The translations under genes were made by a program, and so were the position numbers. The notes under the pieces are model-generated. The model saw only the letters and a list, made by a program, of their open reading frames with translations. It was not told the origin of the DNA and did no database searches. A stretch of 12,958 nt of DNA. It comes from an uncultured archaeon (GTDB taxonomy: Archaea > Altiarchaeota > Altiarchaeia > IMC4 > SCGC-AAA252-I15). Location: the NCBI GenBank assembly GCA_964587725.1, contig CAZPLO010000032.1, forward strand, positions 1 to 12,958, read 5' to 3'. Shown here one piece after another: positions 1 to 5,688 of the stretch (positions are counted from its first letter, which is position 1; each line of letters opens with the position of its first letter).

Positions 1-24
1 GCGATACTGCGGTACAGGATTTGA
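1..24 (+). CDS. Possible 3' end of an upstream CDS (…AILRYRI*), truncated by the window edge
   Basis: GC-normal open frame GCG ATA CTG CGG TAC AGG ATT TGA ends exactly where an AT-rich intergenic stretch begins. Only 8 codons are visible. Confidence 0.3.
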   Translation, partial: AILRYRI

Positions 25-78
25 AACAGTTTAAACCTTTTTTAAACAATATAAAGTTTTTTTCTAAACAGTTTAAAC
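24..78. repeat. 13-bp direct repeat AAACAGTTTAAAC flanking a 29-bp A/T-rich spacer; possible terminator region
   Basis: Copies at 24-36 and 66-78, with a partial third TTTAAAC at 41-47. T-tracts lie at 38-43 and 57-63, immediately after the stop of the 78..578 gene. Confidence 0.6.
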
Positions 79-578
79 TACTGCTGTATGTTCACCGTCG
101 TGTTTGCGGTGAGGTTTTTGTCGTAGACGGTTACTTCCGCGGTTACGGTGTAGTCGCCGGGGCTGATGCCCGCGCAACCCGTACACGACGGCGTCCTGTA
201 CTTAATCTTTATCACGTTTTCGCCCTCCTCGAGTGTGTAGTTGTCGCGTATGCTGAGGCGTTCGCGGTTTCTTGCGTTGATGCCGTGGACCCATATGCCG
301 GCGGGGCCGCCGGTGTCCGACGTCACGGTGAGGTTTATCCACATGTCCTGGTGGCTGCGGTATACGGCCTTGTCGGTTGAAACACGGAGGTCTCGGGCGG
401 GTTCGGGGGGGCACGGCTGGAAGCTGCAGTCCGGCGGCACCCGCACCACGGTGGAGCCGTCCGGGCATATCTTTGCGTCGGCCGGGCATGCCTTGACTGT
501 GGTGGTAGTCGTCACCAGAATTTCATCTGACGTGCATCCGCACAGCAGTAGAACCACCACCAGTATAGCGTATTTCAT
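78..578 (-). CDS. Putative lipoprotein (166 aa) with a Cys-rich CxxDAKxCPDGSxVxRxxPxCxFxxCP module and a C-terminal beta-rich Ig-like domain
   Basis: Hydrophobic N-terminus ends in lipobox-like LLCGC, followed by a Thr run and a 4-Cys module (aa 31-57). The C-terminal domain begins VSTDKAVY and contains CTGC and PGDYTVTAEV. Its start overlaps the upstream stop (ATGA, 575-578). Confidence 0.85.
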   Translation of the reverse strand: MKYAILVVVLLLCGCTSDEILVTTTTTVKACPADAKICPDGSTVVRVPPDCSFQPCPPEPARDLRVSTDKAVYRSHQDMWINLTVTSDTGGPAGIWVHGINARNRERLSIRDNYTLEEGENVIKIKYRTPSCTGCAGISPGDYTVTAEVTVYDKNLTANTTVNIQQ

Positions 579-919
579 CCTTCCCCGAGTTCGAGTTCGC
601 CTTCGTCGCGGGCCGCCTTCCGGGCGTCGCCAACGAGGAGTTCGCAGCGGTCGCGGTCTGGGCGGCGGTCGTGCTGCCTACACGGCCAGAAATCCAGCAG
701 GGATATTGCGACGTCGTTTATGCACTTCTTCCGGAGGTCCTCGTCGAATATGTCCCTGCACAGTGCCGCATTGGATGCTGCCGTGCTCTTGTTGTACATG
801 CACTCGTCTGCGACGTCCTTGTCCTCTATCAAATCGCAGTTGACATCCTCAGCCCTTTCATAGTGTTCACAGCCTGAAACCAGCAGCACCAGCAGCATTA
901 ACGCGACGGCCAAACGCAT
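575..919 (-). CDS. Putative lipoprotein (114 aa) with three tandem Cx11C helical repeats
   Basis: Signal peptide ends in LVSGC. Repeats are CDLIEDKDVADEC, CRDIFDEDLRKKC and CRQHDRRPDRDRC. A TATA-like TTAATAA (minus strand, 942-948) lies about 23 nt upstream of the ATG. Confidence 0.85.
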   Translation of the reverse strand: MRLAVALMLLVLLVSGCEHYERAEDVNCDLIEDKDVADECMYNKSTAASNAALCRDIFDEDLRKKCINDVAISLLDFWPCRQHDRRPDRDRCELLVGDARKAARDEGELELGEG

Positions 920-941
920 GTTAGGTTAAGGTAGTGGGTAG

Positions 942-1001
942 TTATTAAGGCTTGTTCACCCTTGTTCACCAGCAGTCTTATATACGGTTCATGCGTTCAC
1001 C
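942..1001. promoter_or_regulatory. Divergent promoter region with a tandem CTTGTTCACC repeat and four GTTCA boxes around a TATA box
   Basis: Minus-strand TTAATAA at 942-948 and plus-strand TTATATA at 978-984. CTTGTTCACC occurs at 951-960 and 961-970, GTTCAT at 987-992 and GTTCACC at 995-1001. Confidence 0.6.
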
Positions 1002-1006
1002 ATAAC

Positions 1007-1087
1007 ATGGTCTCGGACAGAACCTACTTGGCTGCGCTGTCGGCGGCGGTGGCGTTGGTCACTTTCGCGGCTGCCCTGCGCCTATGA
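1007..1087 (+). CDS. Putative 26-aa single-helix membrane microprotein MVSDRTYLAALSAAVALVTFAAALRL (not in ORF track)
   Basis: ATG 1007 to TGA 1085-1087, with TTATATA ending 22 nt upstream (leaderless spacing). It has an uninterrupted hydrophobic stretch of about 18 aa and overlaps the yhhQ 3' end in antisense by 29 nt. Confidence 0.45.
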   Translation: MVSDRTYLAALSAAVALVTFAAALRL

Positions 1088-1763
1088 TTTTCCGGTACCA
1101 TAGGAACCAGGGAGTGTCCAGCAGGCCGATTACGTTTTTCGCCACCAGCTGGCCTATGATAAGGGGCGTCAGCGGCGTACCGGTGCCGGCGAAGGCGAGG
1201 GGCACGAATATGAACGAATCCAAGGTCAGGTTCATGAAGTCGCTACCCACGCTCCTCAGAACCGGGATGTTGGGGAACCTCTCCTTCAGCTTCGAGAATA
1301 TCCAGGCGTCAAGGTTCTGCATTAGCAGGAACGACACCCACGAAGCAACGGTTATGCGTATGCTCAATCCCAGGAGGCTCTGCCACGCGGTCTCGTACTC
1401 GAAGAACGGCGCCGGCGAGAGGCTGTTGGTCATGACGATGAACAGCATCAGCAGCACCTGGGTGATGATTGCGATGGCTATCGCCAGCCGCGCCTTCGAA
1501 AGACCGTAGACCTCGTTTATCATGTCCAGGGCCTGCGCGATGAACGGGTAGATGAACACGGCAGCCGGCGCCATATAAACCGCGAAACCCAGGTCGAACT
1601 CTATTATGCGCGCCGCGATTATCTGGCTCGCCCCTATGTAGATGACGTAGAATCCCGTGAGTGCGGCGAACCCGTGCTCGCGGAAGTTTTTCACGATGTA
1701 TGCGCTGGCGTAGGTTACGATAGTCAGTGAAACAATCCAGTAAATCCACACCGCGGGTATCAC
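1059..1763 (-). CDS. yhhQ: Queuosine/archaeosine precursor (preQ0/preQ1) transporter, YhhQ/DUF165 (Vut_1) family, 234 aa
   Basis: Multi-TM protein with family-type motifs YPF…DMINEVYG…AR.AI, RITVASWVSFL.MQ.LD.WIF..LK, LRS..S……LDSFIFV.LAF and LLDTPWFL. Start reassigned to GTG at 1763, which has GGAGG 5 nt upstream and a GTGA overlap with the upstream stop. Confidence 0.9.
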   Translation of the reverse strand: MIPAVWIYWIVSLTIVTYASAYIVKNFREHGFAALTGFYVIYIGASQIIAARIIEFDLGFAVYMAPAAVFIYPFIAQALDMINEVYGLSKARLAIAIAIITQVLLMLFIVMTNSLSPAPFFEYETAWQSLLGLSIRITVASWVSFLLMQNLDAWIFSKLKERFPNIPVLRSVGSDFMNLTLDSFIFVPLAFAGTGTPLTPLIIGQLVAKNVIGLLDTPWFLWYRKIIGAGQPRK

Positions 1764-1927
1764 TCTGTCCTCCCGCGGCGTCGGTCGACGTCGTCCATGA
1801 AATCCAGCATCTTCCTGCACGCCGTACGAACGGCATCCGACATGTTCACGAACTTTTTGTCGTCCCCTATGTGCTCCCGCAGGTCATCCAGTATCTCCTG
1901 CGGAACCTCCACACAAACACGCGGCAT
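1760..1927 (-). CDS. Ribbon-helix-helix (CopG/Arc/MetJ-type) transcriptional regulator, 55 aa (not in ORF track)
   Basis: Translated by hand as MPRVCVEVPQEILDDLREHIGDDKKFVNMSDAVRTACRKMLDFMDDVDRRRGRTE*. It shows an alternating N-terminal beta strand (RVCVEVP), helix A, and the N.S.AVR.A helix-B signature. GGGGT lies upstream, and the stop overlaps the yhhQ GTG. Confidence 0.85.
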   Translation of the reverse strand: MPRVCVEVPQEILDDLREHIGDDKKFVNMSDAVRTACRKMLDFMDDVDRRRGRTE

Positions 1928-1981
1928 AATATTACCCCAATATGATTAAGATAATATTGAAATAATATTTAAAAACGTTTT
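1926..1981. promoter_or_regulatory. Divergent promoter with four AATAT(T/G) boxes; candidate RHH operator
   Basis: AATATT at 1928, AATATG at 1939, AATATT at 1953 and AATATT at 1964 (spacing 11/14/11); three are ATAATATT. A TATA-like TTTAAAAA is at 1968-1975 and the palindrome AAAACGTTTT at 1972-1981. Confidence 0.55.
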
Positions 1982-1994
1982 CACAGTCCAATAC

Positions 1995-2324
1995 ATGGTC
2001 CTCCGCACCCGCAGACAGGGTTTAACGGCGTATCTGCTGTGGTTTCTCCTCGGTTATCTGCTGCTGGTGCGGACTGGACTGGTGGAGAATACTGTTTTGG
2101 CTGCCGCCGTGGTTGTTTCATCCCTCTCCAAAGACTACTGGGACAGCAGGAGGGGTGTGCCCGCCGGCCCATGGTACCTCGACCACTACCCGCTGGTCAT
2201 GTATGTGTTAGCCTATACTGTGTGCGGACGTGATTACGGCACATGGAATACTATCCTGTTCATACTCTCATCTGCCACTGCAGTGGTGGATATCCGACAG
2301 GACTGGTTCAGATTCACCCGCTGA
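1995..2324 (+). CDS. Hypothetical small integral membrane protein (109 aa, about 4 hydrophobic segments)
   Basis: Fills the gap between flanking genes, has a TATA-like element upstream and four hydrophobic stretches. No family recognised. Confidence 0.7.
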   Translation: MVLRTRRQGLTAYLLWFLLGYLLLVRTGLVENTVLAAAVVVSSLSKDYWDSRRGVPAGPWYLDHYPLVMYVLAYTVCGRDYGTWNTILFILSSATAVVDIRQDWFRFTR

Positions 2325-2330
2325 CTGCAC

Positions 2331-3134
2331 TCACCTGCAGAGGCTGACATATTTGCCGCGGCATACTCCGCTGCAGCATTCGCTGGCGGAACCGCACTGC
2401 ACCCCGACTGGGAGACAGCACCTTCCGCCCGTACATATCTGCCCGAAGGCGCACACGTGCTCCCTCAGGTATACCATGTCGTCCTGGCACCGGTACTCTA
2501 TCACGGTCGTGTTGCTCAGACAGTAGTCTGAAACCGTTATCCTGTCCCGGGGAGGGTGGCGGCGGAGGCCGGATGTTGTTCCCTGCACATCCCACGTTTC
2601 CCCGCCGTCGCTGTCACGGCACAGCGGCAGGGTCGTGGACGTCGGCAGATACGTTACCTTCAACGTGGAGGAAGTAGTCGAGGATGTGGTTGTGGACGCC
2701 GGGAGAGTTGTGGAGGTCGTGGACCCGTTCGCCAAGAGGGTGGATGATGTGGTGGAGGTGTTGGCGAGGGTGGAGGAAGTAGATTGTTGGGTTGCTAACG
2801 TGGACGACGTAGTTGAATGCAGGGTGGTTAACGTCGTCGGCGAAGTCGGGATGGGTGTCGTGGTCGGCGAGGACTCAGCCGGCGTCTCCCTCTCTTCGAG
2901 GCTGTCGCAGACTTTGTTGCCGTTGCTGTCGAGGCAGCAGCCGGCCGGGTACTCTATGTAGGGGAGCTGGCAGTCGGCAGCGTAGCCGTACTGTTCCTCA
3001 ACGCTGTCGCATACGCCGTTGCCGTTACCGTCCAGACAGCATTGGCCGCGTATCCTCACCATCGGCTTATTGCAGGGTAGGAGGGTGCAGCCGGAGACCA
3101 GAACAATGACCGCCAATGCCGCAGCAATCCTCAT
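2331..3134 (-). CDS. Modular Cys-rich surface lipoprotein (267 aa): two CCLDxNxNxVCD repeats, Ser/Thr stalk, CxDSDGG domain and C-terminal cystine-knot-like module
   Basis: Lipobox-like LVSGC, two 4-Cys repeats (aa 21-80), repeated (S/T)TSSTL units and a CRDSDGG…DYC…EYRC…C…C…C domain. The terminus has C-x6-C-x5-CC-x3-C-x7-C. A TATA-like box at 3157-3163 lies 22 nt upstream. Confidence 0.85.
   Translation of the reverse strand: MRIAAALAVIVLVSGCTLLPCNKPMVRIRGQCCLDGNGNGVCDSVEEQYGYAADCQLPYIEYPAGCCLDSNGNKVCDSLEERETPAESSPTTTPIPTSPTTLTTLHSTTSSTLATQQSTSSTLANTSTTSSTLLANGSTTSTTLPASTTTSSTTSSTLKVTYLPTSTTLPLCRDSDGGETWDVQGTTSGLRRHPPRDRITVSDYCLSNTTVIEYRCQDDMVYLREHVCAFGQICTGGRCCLPVGVQCGSASECCSGVCRGKYVSLCR
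2625..2875 (-). repeat. Degenerate intragenic Ser/Thr repeats (STTSSTL-like, about 6 units) forming a mucin-like linker
   Basis: Protein segment reads STTSSTLATQQSTSSTLANTSTTSSTLLANGSTTSTTLPASTTTSSTTSSTL. Boundaries are approximate. Confidence 0.75.
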
Positions 3135-3187
3135 GGTAGAGAATTAGATGGCTTCATTTTTAACCCAGCGGCGCCGTGTATATAATG

Positions 3188-3619
3188 ATGAAATGCTCCG
3201 GCGCCGACGGAATGAAGTCGCTGAACGAGGAATACGAGGTATGCAGGAGACTCGACCACTATCTCTACTCCAGGAGAACCCGTTTCAGCGGAGACTCATG
3301 CGAAGGCATGTTCTTCTTCGCGGTGTCGGAGACGGGCGTCGACGAGCAACCCCACAACGTCGTGGTGGGGTTCGTCCCCAACGAAGACGTTGAAGAGATT
3401 GGAGTGTGCGGCGGCGACTACGTGCGCCTGGGAGTATTCTACAACGGCGACGGCGGAGTACACCAAACCAAAGTCCACGGCTCGGAGGCGAGGGAATCAC
3501 TACTCGACTTCTCCAGGAAACACTTCCGCGAATCCATTGAACGGCACCTGAGCCACAGCCGCGGCTCAGGCGAACTGCACCCGTCAGCGGACGGCGTGTT
3601 CAAACGCTTCCTAGGCTAA
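3188..3619 (+). CDS. Hypothetical soluble protein (about 135-144 aa; start ambiguous between ATG 3185, 3188 and 3212)
   Basis: Only ORF filling the gap. TATA-like TTTTTAA (3157-3163) and TATATAA (3179-3185) fit leaderless starts at 3188 or 3212. The stop overlaps the hppA stop (3616-3619). No family recognised. Confidence 0.6.
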   Translation: MKCSGADGMKSLNEEYEVCRRLDHYLYSRRTRFSGDSCEGMFFFAVSETGVDEQPHNVVVGFVPNEDVEEIGVCGGDYVRLGVFYNGDGGVHQTKVHGSEARESLLDFSRKHFRESIERHLSHSRGSGELHPSADGVFKRFLG

Positions 3620-5568
3620 AACAGGGGTGCGAACACCAGCGCCACAATCGACACCAGCTTAATCAGTATGTTCAGGCTGGGGCCGGCGGTGTCCTTGAAC
3701 GGGTCGCCGACGGTGTCGCCGACCACTGCCGCCTTGTGGGCGTCGCTGCCCTTGCCGCCGAGGTTGCCGGACTCGATGTATTTTTTCGCGTTATCCCATG
3801 CGCCTCCGCTGTTCGCCATAGTAACAGCCAGCAGGAACCCCGTGACCACCGTGCCTGCGAGCAAACCGCCGAGGGCCTCAGAGCCCAAGGCGAAACCCAC
3901 CACCAAAGGAGTTAAAACAGCTATTACGCTGGGCTTCACCATCGCACCCAACGCAGCCGAAGTGCTTATGTCCACGCACCGGTGATAGTCGGCTTTGGCG
4001 GTACCCTCCATGAGCCCGGATATCTCGCGGAACTGCCGGCGCACCTCCTCCACCATCTGCTCCGCCGCCTTCCCGACCGCATCCATCGCGTAGCTGCTGA
4101 ACAGGAACGGCAGCAGCCCGCCGACGAACACGCCGACGGTGACGTACGGGTTCATGAGGTCTATGGTGGTGAGGTTCGCGGCCTGCGTGTACGCGACGAA
4201 CAACGCCAGCGCCGTCAACGCCGCTGAACCGATGGCGAACCCCTTCCCGATAGCTGCGGTGGTGTTTCCGACCGCGTCCAACTGTTCGGCGCGCTCCCGG
4301 ACCTCATGGCCCATGCCCGCCATCTCCGCTATGCCGGCTGCGTTGTCGGCCACCGGACCGTATGTGTCCGATGCGAGTGTAATGCCTAGTGTGGCCAGCA
4401 TTCCGACGGCGGCAATCGCTATCCCATATATGCCTGCGAACGCGTACGCAATCACGATGGCCGCGCAAACAGACAACACGGGTATGACGGTGCTGTACAT
4501 GCCCACGCTCAATCCGGCGATGATATTTGTTCCGGCGCCGGTGGCGGAGGCCTCCGAAATCGAACGCGTGGGTCCGTGGTCGGCGGACGTATAGTATTCC
4601 GTTATCTTCCCAATCACCACGCCCGCTACGAGACCCGACAGCACCGCATAGTAGACGCCTTCGTAGCCCGGACCCATCACGAGGTTGACGACGAAATACG
4701 AAGCCGCGGCCGCGAGCAACGCAGCCACCCATATGCCCCTGTCCAACGCCTTGTCCGGTTTGTCTCCGCCGACGAAGAAGCTCCCGGCCAACGAAGCGAG
4801 TATGCCTGTGCCCGCTATCGCCAGCGGCAGCAACACGGCTGCTTCGGACGCGGATATGAACACGACACCCAGCGCCATTGCCGCGATGATGCTGTCGACG
4901 TAGCTTTCGAACAGGTCCGCGCCCATGCCCGCGACGTCGCCGACGTTGTCGCCGACGTTGTCCGCTATTGTCGCGGGGTTGCGGGGGTCGTCTTCCGGGA
5001 TGCCGGCCTCGACTTTCCCGACGAGGTCCGCACCCACGTCCGCGCCCTTCGTGTATATTCCGCCGCCTACACGGGCGAACAACGCAATCGACGACGCTCC
5101 GAAGCCGAACCCGAATATGACCCCGGGATTGTGGAATATGAGGTAGAATACGCTGACGCCGAGGACACCCAAGCCCACGACGCATAAGCCCATGATGAGG
5201 CCGCTGGAGAACGCGGTCTTCAAACCCTTGTCGAGTTCCTCCTTCGCAGCCTCGGCGGTGCGGACGTTGGCTGCGGTGGCAATCCGCATGCCCACGTTCC
5301 CGGTCAGCGCGGAACAGAACGCCCCCACAAGGAACGTGACCGCAGTCCGCCAGTCGATGAACGCCGCAAGTAAAGCAGCCACAACAACGGCGAACACCAC
5401 CAGTGTACGGTACTCTCGGTTGAGGAACGCCATAGCCCCCTCGTGTATCGCGCCTGCTATCTCGCGCATTTTGTCCGAGCCCGTCGGCTGGGAGTAAAGC
5501 TTCTTCGTCAAAACAGCTGCAAACATCAGGGCCAGCAGGCTGGCGCCGATAGAATAATACACAATCAT
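3616..5568 (-). CDS. hppA: Membrane-bound cation-translocating pyrophosphatase, K+-dependent type, probably Na+-pumping (650 aa)
   Basis: Hallmark motifs [78 protein letters not shown] and [20 protein letters not shown] 5568 is preferred because GGTGG lies upstream; the alternative is 5595. Confidence 0.97.
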   Translation of the reverse strand: MIVYYSIGASLLALMFAAVLTKKLYSQPTGSDKMREIAGAIHEGAMAFLNREYRTLVVFAVVVAALLAAFIDWRTAVTFLVGAFCSALTGNVGMRIATAANVRTAEAAKEELDKGLKTAFSSGLIMGLCVVGLGVLGVSVFYLIFHNPGVIFGFGFGASSIALFARVGGGIYTKGADVGADLVGKVEAGIPEDDPRNPATIADNVGDNVGDVAGMGADLFESYVDSIIAAMALGVVFISASEAAVLLPLAIAGTGILASLAGSFFVGGDKPDKALDRGIWVAALLAAAASYFVVNLVMGPGYEGVYYAVLSGLVAGVVIGKITEYYTSADHGPTRSISEASATGAGTNIIAGLSVGMYSTVIPVLSVCAAIVIAYAFAGIYGIAIAAVGMLATLGITLASDTYGPVADNAAGIAEMAGMGHEVRERAEQLDAVGNTTAAIGKGFAIGSAALTALALFVAYTQAANLTTIDLMNPYVTVGVFVGGLLPFLFSSYAMDAVGKAAEQMVEEVRRQFREISGLMEGTAKADYHRCVDISTSAALGAMVKPSVIAVLTPLVVGFALGSEALGGLLAGTVVTGFLLAVTMANSGGAWDNAKKYIESGNLGGKGSDAHKAAVVGDTVGDPFKDTAGPSLNILIKLVSIVALVFAPLF

Positions 5569-5688
5569 CTTGTGAACCACCGTATGGAATGTCATGTGCG
5601 AGGTTGCTTAAATATCCGAAGGCGACTGTCGAGCATATTTATTGCAGCGTGGCGAATATTCTGTGTTTCATTTCCCCACGGTGACAGG

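Noticed and set aside
18-78. CRISPR-like repeat (ATTTGAAAC end, direct repeat around a 29-bp spacer)
   Set aside because: Only two 13-bp copies, a low-complexity spacer and no cas genes in view.
920-932. GTTAGGT/GTTAAGG resembling integron GTTRRRY core sites
   Set aside because: No matching RYYYAAC arm forming an attC hairpin and no integrase in the window.
1764-1820. N-terminal extension of yhhQ given by the ORF track (start 1820)
   Set aside because: It lies inside the RHH gene. GTG 1763 has an SD and a GTGA coupling overlap.
1928-1994. preQ1 riboswitch upstream of the RHH-yhhQ unit
   Set aside because: No recognisable stem-loop plus A-rich tail consensus; the region reads as a short AT-rich promoter.
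2125-2315. KDYWD…DIRQD in the 109-aa membrane protein as a YfiM/VanZ-like motif
   Set aside because: Resemblance and spacing are too weak to assign a family without an HMM search.
4304-5187. Long alternative-frame and antisense ORFs over hppA (293 aa, 203 aa), and similar ones over other genes
   Set aside because: Arg/Gly-rich shadow ORFs expected from GC-rich codon usage; they overlap well-supported genes and lack motifs.
5443-5688. 82-aa N-terminal extension of the DUF1015 ORF
   Set aside because: It overlaps hppA and the shared promoter region. ATG 5689 has an SD and family-like sequence begins there.
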